Assembly: GCF_009834535.1 (NCBI RefSeq)
Contig: NC_045697.1
Location: 58,902,001 to 58,966,000 of the forward strand
Source of the DNA: Camelus ferus
Lineage: Eukaryota
Direction of reading: 5' to 3'
DNA length: 64,000 nucleotides
A model generated the notes under the pieces. It was not told the origin of the DNA, made no database searches, and saw only the letters and a program-made list of their open reading frames with translations. Every line of letters begins with the position of its first letter. Within the stretch, counting starts at the first letter, position 1. Of this stretch, positions 39,665 through 53,139 are shown one piece after another. A program made the position numbers and the translations under genes.

Positions 39665-39965
39665 ATAATTGAAGCTTTCCTTTCTACCAGGCACTGTGCT
39701 GGGCACTTTACTAATCCACTAATATTATTTTATAAGTAATAGTAATAATTTAATATATAAGTATTTAATAATTTAATAAGTGTAGTAATAATTTACTAAA
39801 CTAATCCACTTAATATTCACAACAACCTTACAAAGTAAGGACTCTTGTACCTTTACTCTGTCTGTAAATAAGCTAAGGAACGGAGACTGTAAGTGACTTG
39901 CCCAAGGCCACTCACCAAGACTTGAAACCTAACTGGTCCACAACCATTCTCTTCACCACTACATT
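39665..39965 (-). mobile_element. MIR SINE interrupted by an AT-rich insertion
   Basis: ccaggcactgtgctgggcactttac ... cacaacaaccttac...aagtgacttgcccaaggccac. Confidence 0.85.
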
Positions 39966-42900
39966 TTATTTCTCCATCATAAATGTTTCTTACCAAATAT
40001 ATATGAGTTTAAACTTTGTGTTGTCCTACATATCCAGCTCCTTTTCAAGAATATCTTATTTTAATTGTTCTTCACAATGAATTGAAATGTCTAGACATAG
40101 GTTTTTAGGTCTCTTCATGTCCAATTACTTTCTTCCCCAGAAAAATGTAGCAATAATAGATTTTTTACCAGCAGAAGCTTCAAAACATTTTAAAGTCTAC
40201 ATATCAGCTGCTATTCCAAAATGATCTATAAATTGCAAGGAGAAAGCTATCACTATCTCTAAGAGCAATTTTAAATCCTGGAAATAAGTTCCCTAAGAAC
40301 TCTATTCATGTCAAATCAAAATTCCTGATTAAAATATTTTATAAAAAATGGTGAGCATTAATACCTTTGTATTCCTGATCAAAGTATTAGTTAGCATGGT
40401 GCTGTATACATAAAATGAAACATAACTGACAGTTCAGAAAAAATAGTATAAAATATGCTGCTTTGTTTTTAGGCGAAGCTGTGGAAAACGGCCAGCTGCT
40501 GTGAAGTCACAGCGAGCCTGACAGCTGCCCCTCTGCCCACACCAGTACCTCCAGAGGATGCATTCACAATTGGAAATGGCTGTGCGTGGAAGGCCTGGAT
40601 GGAAAGAAACCATGATTCGCAAAACAGGCCAGTTATATATGTTTTAGGTTACCAATTTTAAAATGCATTAACATCGCTTACATTTTCTATTTTTGCTATT
40701 AGGAATGATCATTCAGAGAGAGAAATACAGTTTCACCTAGCCTTAAATTCCAAATTTCACTAAAAGGAGAAGAAAAATCCAGTAATTATAGCACTCCATC
40801 AGTGAATATTTTCACTATGTGTGGCAACATCTCTGCCTTGCAGGTGGGGAACAGAGAAAGAAAGGATTCAAGATAAAATTTTACAAATAAACATCAACTA
40901 TATGGATTCACAGTAAAATATGTGACACATGTTTGTCCAATAGATTCAAAATCATTTATCAAGATGTTGTAATATAAACAATATGTATAAATAAATATTA
41001 TCTCTTAAATCTCAAAGAATTTCAGAGAAAGTTTATTTCAAAAAGCCACATCAATAAATTAAGAAACAAAGAAACAGAAATCTAACTTACAGATTGAAGA
41101 GTGAATGATTCAGTTTCAATTGGCCTTGAAGGTTTAGAAGTGTGTGTGTGCTTTTGTTTACAGTTTTTTATCACTTATATTTAAATATTTGGCCTGCATA
41201 ACAAATTCACATTAGAAAATAATATAGATTATCATGTATTTAAGTATATGTATACAATTGTTAAAAATTCTATGTAGAAGGAGTAAGTTGTGTATACAGA
41301 TATTACCATAGTCATGTGTGTGAAAATAGTGTATCTATTACTATAGCATATGTTCATTAGATTAAAACTTAAAGTTAAATGAAAATTAACACCGCTCATT
41401 TAAAATACCCATTAACCAAACACAGAATCAAACACATGCTCAGTAAAGGGAAAACAATATTCAAACTGCCAGAAACAATTCGATTTAATTTTTCAAGGTA
41501 AAAATACAACAAATTTAAAAGTAAAAATAAATATAAGAGACATGAAGGCAAAAGGTTGCATATACAGTCACTACTCATTTATCTGCAGAAATAAACTTTA
41601 CATTTTGTTTTATTCTTTCCTTTATGAGTTCTACATAAGAATCGTATGTCTCACTGAAAACTAATTTTATAGTAACTTCTACCAAGGTCATCTATGCAAC
41701 TTTTTCTTATCTAACGATACATATACAGCAATGGCCCTAAAGAATATTATCAGGGAAAAGAACAGGAATACATATAAAAAAAATAAAAAGGAAAGCTGGG
41801 ACAAGAAAATAATTAAAAAACACTAATAACACTAGTAATGTATAGTATCTTTCACAATATGAATAAAACCAAGAAAAGTCATTGTTATTAATAGATGAAA
41901 TGGTAAGTTTTCTTGAAAATAACTTTATATATTTTTTTCATAATTTTGCTACCTGTTTATAAAATTCCTGAATAGTACTGAATATAACAGAGATTATTTC
42001 TCTATAATAAACCTAAAAATAAAATGGTACAATTTGATATATCTGAATTTTTAGTTCTGCCAACTTCACACTTCAAGTTTTTACTTCTTAGTTAACTCTT
42101 AATGAAACCTCTGTTTACATAAACAGGTGTTTTGCTTACGGAAGTCACATAGCTTTTAATAATATCTTACATTTATAATTAAGTGAAATAGCTGGAAATC
42201 AGGAAGACACAAGTTTGTTTCAGAATGATGTTTATCTTAGTTTGAAAGGTAATAATTCTTATTTCCATCAGCTACATGGTAAACAAGGAACATTTTTAGC
42301 AAATGTGAAGTTCAAAGAATCTAAAACAAGTGAAATATAAATGAAGATACCAAACAATTTGCTCCAATTTGAAATACTGGCTATCTGAATCACCAATACT
42401 AATTCAATTAAAATGAACAACTGAACAATGACAGCAATTTGAAAGTAATTAAAGCAAATATATATGTGCATACTTGTTTACATATCAAAATATCTGCATA
42501 TCTATATATATTTTTGCACATATATGGATCAAATGTTTTTGTGTACAGGACTCACGCACCTTTTAGATAGTACTCCCAGGGCTACTACCTATTGTAATGT
42601 TTTTGAAATGAAATAAGGAAGTTAGTGGAGACTAACAGAAGCTTAGAGGTAAACCAGTTCTCTGTATAAGAAATGGATAGTAATTATGAGTTATAGGTTA
42701 ATGTATACCTATAAATTCAAATCAATTTTCAATTATCTGCACAAGCATGAGGTAGGTCCCAACAAGGCTTTGTAAAGTATAAATGCTTCCACACCAATTT
42801 AGTTCTCTCCTGGGATAAACTTAGAGGCAATGTAGATAAGGAGAAAGCAATATATTTAATCTGTGGACTTCAGCGACTGTTGTGATTTTAATCGATACAA

Positions 42901-44000
42901 TATCCATTACAAACCCAAACGATAATTTTGTGACTAAATGCACCAATATCCCACTGCTTAAAAGGGAACTGACATTTACAAAATAATCTGAGGTAATCGT
43001 GTTAACAGCTACCCCCAGGAATCAACCCAAGGGAAATGTAACATAAATATATTTGTACGATTTTTGAACAATGGAATTGAGACCATGATAATCAATAATG
43101 TGTCCTACATTATTGAGATCACTTCCTAAATGGGGCCCTTCCATCATTCTCTTTCTCTACCAATTCATTTCACATATCACTTTTTTATCTGTAATATATT
43201 TCTCACATGTTCCCTATCCCTTAAATCCTTTAAAATTTCATCCAGCCTAAAAAAGAAAGTTCAATGTCCTCAGACCAACATTCACACCCTTTCAGAACCT
43301 ACTCCATCTTACCTGACCTTATACTCAGAATGCTCTCCCATTAAATCTATCATCACTGACCTAGCCTCTTCTACTTTATGAATCCTTCCCAATCACACTA
43401 TGATACTTTAGGAAAACAATGGCACTTACAGACTATATCACTTAATTAGCACTTAGTATATGAATCCTAAAAATGTAATCTATGCATGTCTCCATGTTTG
43501 AGTTACTGAAAAATCAATATTAAGTTTCTGATGAATGTCTTCTAAGCAGTCTACACAACAGAACTTTAAAAATCAGGTAAATAATAATTGCCAAGTTACT
43601 TTATTACATGCTGGCGTTTTGTTTCAGGTATTTTGTGAAATAAGAGTTGTCTTACTTGCTCCCCATTATCTAATTAAAGTATATCATGAGATTTCACATC
43701 ACAAACTCTCCAAATCTCAAAATGGAATGTGGACATATCATAGTCATTATAGTTATGCCTAAAATTTTAGTAAGAATGAGGATAATACAGAATTAGACTT
43801 ACACGTTTTGTGCCTGAAAGCCCTGTGAATGATTCAAAAGATGCTAATATAATTTCAAACACCAAGCAAATACACTTAAAAGATTCTCAAACATTATCAC
43901 CACAAGTTCAACTAAGAACAACAGCTTGTCTTCCTGTTCCAGGAATCAATAAAAACTGAGATAACATCTGTAAGATTTGGGATATCATGAATATGACTAG

Positions 44001-44414
44001 TATTCTAGGTCAAATTCCCTGAGAACAAATCCTAAGTCCAAGATACTTTTGCAGGAGGATTACTGGAAACAATACCCAGGAGGAGTGAAGAAAGCAAAGC
44101 TGAGCAGACCTGTGAACTGTGTTACAAAAGTACAGAGGCCTCACCCTTTTAATAAGGAGACTGCAAGGCAAAATGGCCCTTGGAGGTAGTCGTAGAAGGC
44201 AATGGAGAGGGGATGGGTACCCTAGTATCATTCACTTATTGGAGGAAGACTTTCTTTGGACAGAGACATAACCCTGAGCAAGGGAACTCCTTGCCTGAGG
44301 GAAATTCTTACAAGAGAGATTCAGCTGTCAGCCCAAAGCAGCCGCACTCCAGGCAAATAGGGAGATCAGTTCAAAGGGTGAGGGGGAATCTGAACAGTAT
44401 ATAAAATATCCATA
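44001..44414 (-). mobile_element. ERVL solo LTR, LTR16 family (LTR16C-like)
   Basis: ttgcaggaggattactgg...ggagtgaagaaagca...cagaggcctca...cctgagggaaattc...tcagctgtcagcc...gggggaatctgaacag resembles reverse-complement LTR16. Confidence 0.75.
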
Positions 44415-45189
44415 ACCAACTAGTGATTTCTTTTGTGTAGGTTGAAAGCAAGGGATTTGAAAATAGACTCATGCAAAATCAGAGTTCAGTATGTATTAAC
44501 CTTAGTCTACTATAGCAGAAACTCTTCAGCTGGTCTGCTTGTTACCATGTCTTCCTGTGACTTCTGGGAAACTGACCCCTGTTCTATTCTACTCAGATCA
44601 GAAATGATTAAAGAGGGCTGCTTGCCAGTTGAAGTGGTATCCAGGATACATCCAGATTAGGATATATATTGGACTACTCTGAACAAATAGACATTTGTAC
44701 ACATACATAGAGTCTGAGGATCACATGTGGGTTTCCAGAAGGCATAATGTAATCCTCACTCGATCAAGTGTTATTTTCTGCATCTCTGTATCCTTTGGTG
44801 AGAAACTTGAGCTCAAAGTTTGCATGCCCATTTATACTAGAAAATATTGCCAATCTCTCTGCCATGTATCCAGACTGCTCTGAGATCTTAAAAAATATAT
44901 TATATAAGTAAACCTTTCTATTTACCTTGGTGATATCTGAGCTGGTCTATCTACCAATATGGAAATTGTTGAACCTACCGATATTCAACACAGTGGTTGT
45001 ACAGCCTTGGTGATATTTTTCGTTACCTATAAGCCTATAAAATCTCCACCATTCAGAATAAGTTTTGCTTTGCCTTTTTTTCATTAAAATGTTATATGTT
45101 CAATACTTACGTCTTTAAACCATCTATAAGTTATTAGTGATATGGTATGAAAGAGAGGAAATGCACTTTTATAGAAATGTCTAACAAAA

Positions 45190-45350
45190 TATCAGAGGAA
45201 CACTTCTTAAAAAGTTCAACCTCTTTTTTGTATGTTTGGGTCTTCTATTATAATCAGGTCCTATATATACATCAGAGTCAGTTTCTGGACTATCTATATT
45301 CTATTCTAATGGTTTACTGACTATTCTTGTATCAAATTTACTGTTTTAAA
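45190..45350 (-). mobile_element. Ancient L1 ORF2 fragment
   Basis: gtcagtttctggactatctatattctattctaatggtttactgactattcttgtatcaa resembles antisense L1ME ORF2. Confidence 0.55.
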
Positions 45351-45559
45351 AATATTTAAACTATTAAGTTAGATAATAATTAAGAAGGAAACAGTAAACA
45401 ATAAGTGCTCATTAAATGGTTCTCAAATATTTCTTATTAGGATTATTCATAGATGTTTGAAATGTTTAAGGCTGTAATGTTCGGAAATTTTCATAGCAAA
45501 ATTACAAACTTATTTTGCTTACATAAAAAAAGCTATGTATAAAGAAAACTCTTTTATCT

Positions 45560-45905
45560 TTATTTTTAAACAGATATTAAACACAGACTTCAAAAATAAA
45601 GAATTGCATTTAAAATGAGCTGAGAGAACAAAAAGCAGAAGGGGCAAATAGAAGTGAATCATGAACATAATAGTCTTAAACCAAAATACATAAATGATTA
45701 TATTAAATATAATTAGACACAATATATCAATGAAATAGGTAGAGATTGATAGGTTGGATAAAACATAAGACTAAACTATACATTGTCACTTATAATTGTG
45801 CTATGTAATAAGAAAAACAGATCTTGTTTAAAAGAAGAAACATATTTATACATAAAGACACAAAGAATTTAACATAAAGGAATAAAAAATGATATACCTA
45901 GTAAT
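45560..45905 (+). mobile_element. Ancient L1 fragment around the ORF2 start (endonuclease region)
   Basis: aaaccaaaatacataaatgattatattaaatat...agagattgataggttggataaaac...aaactatacattgtc...aaaggaataaaaaatgatatacc. Confidence 0.6.
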
Positions 45906-46423
45906 GTAAGCTGTGAAACTCCCCAGTGGCTCTCTAGCTTCATAAAAAAGGGGAATAACAGCAAAGTAAATATAACTGAACTGTGACAGAGTCAATTATA
46001 TTATCTAATGTTTACTGTACATTAAATGAATGTCAAACCCAAATATTCGGGGCTGCTTTTAGCCCATAAGGTAATTCTGTGCAAATTTATTCAAAAAAGG
46101 TATCCCATCTCTGCACTCTCAACCCCATTCTAGAGAATATGCCTTGAGAAGCAAAGCAGAGTCTGGCTTTCAGGCTTTCTTTGGCTTCTTTACTTGTATA
46201 GTAAACAAACTGTACATCATACATGACAACCAGTAAATCCTAGAAAGCAATGCACAAGAAAAAGTTGTCCGAAAATATCATGTGATTAAATATTTTGCTT
46301 ATAGGCTTTGAAATTATACTGCTATGAGAAAAATTTAATGGAACATCACCAGAGAGAAACAGAAAAAAATAAAATAATATTTATTCTATAGGCTTGTTCA
46401 AATGCTTTTAAAAACTACTTTCC

Positions 46424-46565
46424 TTTTTTAAATTTTTTACTTATTGGGGGGGGTGGTAATTAGGTTCATTTACTTTATTTAGTTTTAGAGGAGATACTGG
46501 AGACAGAACCCAGGACCTTGTGCATGCTAGCCATGCACTCTACCACTTGAGCTATACCCTCCTCC
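46424..46565 (-). mobile_element. Camelid tRNA-derived SINE (Vic-1-like)
   Basis: Reverse complement reads ggaggagggtatagctcaagtggtagagtgcatggctagcatgcacaaggtcctgggttc...cctaattaccacccccccc followed by an A-rich tail. A box intact, B box decayed. Confidence 0.85.
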
Positions 46566-47094
46566 TTCAAATACTTTCTTCTTTGTTTCATTTTAAGTAA
46601 AGTAAAGGCAGCTTATCAGTTCATACACTATTATTCTTAGGAAACTATACACTTTACAGATTATAAACACCCATGGTCAAAGACTACAAAAGACTGGAAA
46701 AACAATACATTATTTTTCCCTACATGTACATTATTCTCTGGTCTGACACATGCAAACAGTATCCCTCCAAATTCTAAAAATAATTCATTAAGGGGTCTTA
46801 CTAAATACTTATCAAGATGAGCTAAGAATCTAGTTATAATGAAAAAACTAAGTGACTATGTGAACACTTCAATTGATTATATGATCAGTGCATGTTCAGT
46901 GAATTGATCAGTTAACCCTGAATCCCAACTACCCTTGGCAGTCGAACAAAGAAAGATGTTATTGCCAATTTCAACTTCCCTACACATAACCTCCATGGTC
47001 ATTCTTGCCCTTTAAAGCTGCTAGTGATATATGTTTGAATTATATTTCAAATTAACTATTTAAATTCCTCAGGATATTAGGTGTTAACTGATCA

Positions 47095-47230
47095 AATAAT
47101 GCATATGCTGATAAGTATTCTAAGCACTTTACATACATTTTGTCATTTAAACCTCACAATAATCTATGAAATACTTTTGTTATTCACAAATAAGGGCAGA
47201 AACTGATGCACAGACAAGTAAAATCACATA
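47095..47230 (-). mobile_element. MIR SINE fragment
   Basis: ttctaagcactttacatacattttgtcatttaaacctcacaataatctatga...gaaactgatgcacaga. Confidence 0.8.
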
Positions 47231-49839
47231 CTCCAAATTCCCCAAGACAAGCTCATCCTTAACAGCTAGGTTGCTTAAAATTATTTCTCCAAGTCTTTCA
47301 TCTCTCATATTGTCCCTATGACCACTTCCTCTTAATAGTTATATTTTCAGCTTTGTAGCAGCAAACAATTTGCTAGCAAATACATTTTTTTGTTGTTGTT
47401 CTAGGCTAAGCCTACAAGCAGTTAAATAAATACACACCTGGCTGCCAACAACTGAGAATGAAGCAGGGGAAGATTTTATCAGCACACTGTGCATGCCACT
47501 GAGGGAAATTCTGGGAATTTAACAAAAATGAGATTGCCCTTGCCTTTCTAGAAACCTGCTCTGACTTTTGGTATGCTCATCTGTATTTTCTCCAACTTCC
47601 CTAAAAGCAGGACATGCAAAATACATCTTTCCCTACGGGGAGTGTTACCAGCATTGAACCTGGGTTAGAGCCTGGATTTTCTTCCAAGATGCAGAACCTG
47701 CAAACATGAAACGAAATCCCACACAGATGTAGCACATTTTAATAATCTGTCAGCTGCTGATCTTATCTCGTAGGTAGGATTAAGAAACCTAATCTAAAAT
47801 GTTTGTTCTAAAAATCCAGGGATGACTGAGGGGAGAAAAAAAAAAACTATGAAATCTGTTCCATGAATAGCTTACAACCATGGTGTGGCCTGTGACATCA
47901 CAGGCCACACTGGGTTGGTTGAAAGCCAGTAATAGATTATAAAAACAAAGTGCAACTTGAGTGAATTGAGAAATAGTGACCCAAAGAGATGTCTATAATG
48001 AAAGATGAAACTACAAAAGTAAATGATATGCAGGACACAAGGATCACCACAAAGTGAGATCTAGCGCCCAGAACCAAGATCCCTGGAATTTATTAGAAGA
48101 TTAGAGAAGAGATAGACAGAAATCTAGTCACACACAAACTGAAGTAAAGGAATAAAAAGCAGGTTGAGGCAAAGGGAGTTCAAATTAGAGGCTGGGTCCA
48201 GATATCAAGACAAAAACCACTCATCAAACCTGATGCCTGCTGCTAGGGGTGGGAGGTGCCAGGGGCGGGAGGTGCCGGAGGCTGGGGCTGGGGGCGTCCA
48301 TAGGCCAATCCATGAGTTTGGGAAGGAGACAGCCTAAGAACTCCAGAACTGATAAGCTGGGAAAACAGCATCAAAGGCCTCTGATCCCAGACAGAGCTCC
48401 AATATTCCTAAAAGCTGCTCATCTGAAAGAAATAATCACATTAAACTAACAAATACACCGAGCGAGGAGTAATGCAAATATGCCTTCATGAACGGAATGC
48501 ATTCTGTCCTTAAATGTTATGATTATTAAATGCATAGAACTGATCTGATAATGTAAATAAGGGGTGCCTTTTTATTCCAGCAAATAGAGTCCCTTTGCCT
48601 ATACTGCATAATATAAAATAAATTCCCACCATTGTTTTTCATCTAAGAGCACACACTGATTCAGGCATCAGAATCAAATACATTTGCGATGTACTTAAAA
48701 TGACACCCACCGAGAATGAAACCATCTAATCCTAGCGTTGGTGAATTAGTAAGTTTTTCATATAAATCTCACATAATTTATACTGAAATTTGTCCTTGTA
48801 GCCATCATCACTCTCACTGACAAACAATGAAAGGTTTTGATATTGGAAGTTAGTGATGGCTTATCCCCATTCTGTTTTTCCTTTGAAAAATTGAAAGGTG
48901 GTTTTTCAATGAGAAATACAGAGTATAGAGGGCCAAAATACATTAATAAACTTTTATCTTGCTCACACATAACTGGTCTGAAGTAAAGGAAAACCATGAT
49001 CACATGAAGTGTTCATAGCATATGATCAGTAATATCTTTAAATTAAAAGAAATATTAAAAAAAAACAAAATTAAATGCTGGCAGATTTATATGCTAAACT
49101 TATTATTTTAAAGGCTTTCTTAGATAAGATAATAACCATAAAAAATTGAACAGTAATAGAATAAATAACCTTGTTAATCATAAAATGAAATGGCTCCAAT
49201 TGCTTTAAAAGAAAAAATAAGACTTAAATTTTAAGATTAAATATCAAGTACTGAAATATTCTTTAGAGCACGAGTTCCTGTAAATCCTCATTTAACATTT
49301 AAAAATAAAGAGCATTTGTAAAGAATGTAGTTGTGTATGCTCCAATGGGAACTGGAAAATTACTTCATTTGCTGGTAAACAGACTGTGCTGCATAAAACA
49401 AAAACTAAGTGGCCTTTAGTTGAGGAAACTATATGACTTCATTGAGAAAAAAAACAGGCTCAGTTTGGCACAAAAAGGGTCAGAAAAAGTGCACTGGATT
49501 TAGAACAAAATGATTTTGTATCTGAGTCTTTTAACTTCTGTTTAAAATGCTATACAGTCCATATTATGTTTCCAAGATATATCATATTAAACATAATTTA
49601 GGACAAAAATGAATTTGAAATGAACAATGTCCCATAGCAGTGAGTGCCTTGAATAAGAATGTTTTACATTTCCTCCTTTCTCTTTCTGGCTATTAAAAAA
49701 AAAACAAAAACAAAAACAAAAAACTTCCATGCTTGAGAATGGAGAACTATAATAAAAATATATGTTTATGTTGTGTTTTTTTAAAGTATGAATTACTAAG
49801 ATGCATAATCATGTTTTGACTTCAAGGAATTTAAATTAA

Positions 49840-50550
49840 GCATTTAATAAGCTTGAAACAAATTCATTATGCTTGCTCCCTCTCCTAAACTCTCCTGCTT
49901 TCTATATTAAATTGGTAGTTTTATCACTCACTCAGTGTTGAAGATAAACATCTAAGTAACCCTCTCCTTTAAACACACACTCAGTGGAGTACTATTTTCT
50001 TTCACTTCTCACACTTACCTCCCTCCATTCTTATTCCCTTCCGCAGTGCAAGCATGATATTCTCTCCTAGATTGCTGGAAGTGGTTCCTAAATGATCTCT
50101 CTGACCAGCTCTTTTCCCTCCAATCCAGCAGATACAGTGCCGTAAATACGACTGTGCCATCTCCCCACTTAAAAGCATCCAACGGCTCCAATGGCTCTCC
50201 TTCACCTATTCCAGCTTACTTTTAAGCCTAACCTCTTGTCATTGTCTCCCATGGATCTGATACTGTAGCCTCATCAGCTCTGCTTACTCTTCGCCGAGCA
50301 CAACACAATAGTCATTTCTCAAAAATTGTCCAACACTTTCCCCTTGTAGTATCTTTCCTATACTCAGCTATAACTCTTTCTGTAAAATAACCAACTCCAG
50401 TTCTCAAATACTTTATTTGAACTAGCATTATAGTAATCATAAAAGTATTTTTGTTAATATTGAGCGTTCTGTTTTAAGCACAGACACGAGGTCTTTTTCA
50501 TCTCCCAGACACCCAGTACAGTGCACCTACTAGGTGCTCTAAATATCTTC
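49840..50550 (+). mobile_element. L2 3' region
   Basis: tctctcctagattgctg...ccccacttaaaagcatccaacggctcc...cccagtacagtgcacctactaggtgctc. Confidence 0.7.
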
Positions 50551-50829
50551 CCCATTCAAAATAATTGACTTAATACGTTTTACAGAGTCAAGTAATACTT
50601 TAAAAATAAAAAATTCATAATTCATAATTCAAAAATATTCTCAATTTCTAAACAAGAGTATTATGAACATCATCTTGAACCATATTATCTAGTCAAGAAT
50701 GAAAGCATAGTCAAGCAATATGCCCAAAATCAGAAATCAATTATGATTCCAGCAACAATACATCATGTGAACTGAGAGCTATAAAATTGTCTATATTGTA
50801 ACAGCCAACCTTAGAATTTGGACAAAGCT

Positions 50830-51760
50830 TATTCAATTCAATAAACATTCACTGAACATCTACAACAGAAAAAATAAAGCTCAACCAGGCATGGTCAATT
50901 TGTTCATGGAAGAGATTACTTCCCACTGGATAAGTTATCTAATCAGAATGAAGGATAGAATTCAGGAAGGCAGTTAATAAGGGCGTGAGGAGAACAGAAT
51001 ATTCCAGGGAGATAAAAGAGGCAGGAACCAGGACTTGGACACATTGATAAGTAATGAAAAGGTGCCTAGCTTGACTGACATTTAAGATTTGTGGAAGAGA
51101 TTTCTGGATGTAACCAGTATTTGTTGGCATGCAATTATGGAGGACTGTGAATATCAAGATAGAAATATGGCAAGTGTGCCCTCTCTAATTATTTTTGAAA
51201 ATGTGCAGGCAATGAAGACTGTTCAAAGAATAAAGAGAATCTTTACAGTTATTTCATAAAGGTTATTCAGCATTATTCGACATGTAGGGGTAATTTGTAT
51301 GGCTATTTGCAGGCTTTAGAACATGTTGAATAGCAACAATATTTAAAAGAATGCTGTGTATCTCAGGGATACTGTAGCTATAGGACAATGATGGAAAGAA
51401 GGGAACAGGATAAACCTCAACAAACGTGTTGCCTGTTTGTAGATAGCAACTGAAAGAGAGAACAGAGACAGAATGTTCTGAGTCTGGGTTTTTAAAAAAA
51501 TAATGATTTAAACAAGAAGAATACGGGGTAAGTATTGCCAGAAAGATGGTAATATCTCCAGAGTATTTTCAGGTAGAGGTACTGATTAGGCATTTGGAGA
51601 TATAGATTAGAAGTCAGAAGAAAGAGAGGGATGGGGTTATAGATAACAATTTAAGAATTATCTACAATGAGATGAAAACTGACAGAGCAAGAATGAATCA
51701 GCTTCGTAAGAAAGATAAAGTACAAAAAGAAGAGGAATAGCAGGAAAAAATAAAACTTAG
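50830..51760 (-). mobile_element. Degraded L2 fragments
   Basis: attcaataaacattcactgaacatctac tail plus purine-rich L2-like body segments (ttggagatatagattagaagtcagaagaaagag). Confidence 0.5.
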
Positions 51761-51769
51761 AGAGGCACT

Positions 51770-51945
51770 CAACAGGTTCTCAAAGAGACCTGAATTCATA
51801 CATTGGTTCTGTCATTTGTTACTTGCACAATGTTGAACCAATAATTTAACCTAAGTCTCAGACCATCATGAGGATCAACTGGCATAATGTTTACATTGAA
51901 TAGCACATGATTTACCACATATCAGGACTTGAGTAAGTTAACTAA
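51770..51945 (+). mobile_element. MIR SINE fragment
   Basis: agacctgaattc...ttctgtcatttgttact...tttaacct...gtctcag...tgaggatcaa. Confidence 0.6.
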
Positions 51946-53139
51946 TTTCATCTTTCTTTTTATTGTTGCTCCTGCTGCTGTTATCATCAGCATCGCCATC
52001 TCTATGACTGTTAGGGGAAGAAAGAGAAAAGGCAAGGAGCCGTGAGAATCAGGCTAACAGCACAATATATATCATGGTAGGAAAAATGAGTGGAACGTTG
52101 TGGGTCAACAACATATTCTGATACATTATATGAATTTCAATCTCAAATTTTCCAATAGTGACTCAGTAGAAACCATCTGCAGATGTTAGCTTCTTATGAA
52201 ATCATCCTCATCATGCTCTCTTAAGAAAAGCTACTTTTCACAAACTATAAGAAATCTACTGACATGGCTGATACATTGGAGGAGACCCTTGAGACAACAG
52301 ATGGTGTTTTATAAATAGAATTTGAATCACCTGTTATATGACTTGAGCAGCCCGATTACTAAGCCCTTCTTCTAAACTTTGTCAGTTTCCAAATGAAGTG
52401 TAACAAAAATTCTAAATGCAAGAACCACAGGCTTTATAAGAAATACAGCACAGATACATCATTGATGGAATTGCTGATTGCAATAATTTTACTGCATATG
52501 ACATGAATACATATTAAATCTATTTGTGTGTATATGCATGTATATGTACAGGTGTAAAAAAGGTATTCAAATGGAAAAAAGGCAGATGGAGGTATAGAAT
52601 GAGTGTAGAAAAAAAAGTAGTATGTTTTTTCTGAAATGTGTACTTCTAAGGATCATCTTTTTAAGATCAAAAAAAGAAACCTATTCAAAATAAAAATTCA
52701 GCCAATAAGATATTTATTACATTTCTTTCAGAAGAAAAACATCATCACTCATTTATAAGTGGGTCACTCTCAGCATTACTTGGGACCAAATCTTGACAGG
52801 AGTGTAAGCTAAGGAAAAGTTGCTCTTATCAAATTCTGCCTTTCAACCTCCTAGCGTGTTTGACTCCTCCAATAATTTCTGAGTATAGTCACTTCAGAGT
52901 TAATACATCTCAGATAGATTTACAGAGAATCTTCCTTATCAAATTCAGCCCAAAGCTGGAGGTTTTAAGTGAGGAGAACACTACATCCTCTTGTTTTCAC
53001 AAGTACCTTGAATTTGGTGTCCAGTACAATTTTTTACATCAGTATCTTTCTCCTGGGTTTCTCTTTCCTTCAGTTTAATACCCAGTTATCCTATTATCTG
53101 TAGACCCCATTTGGGGTATGAACATTGTGTGTTTCTGCT

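Noticed and set aside
46490..46565. tRNA-Ala-like sequence
   Set aside because: Decayed B box, no proper acceptor stem, and a SINE body and tail follow: it is a SINE head, not a tRNA gene.
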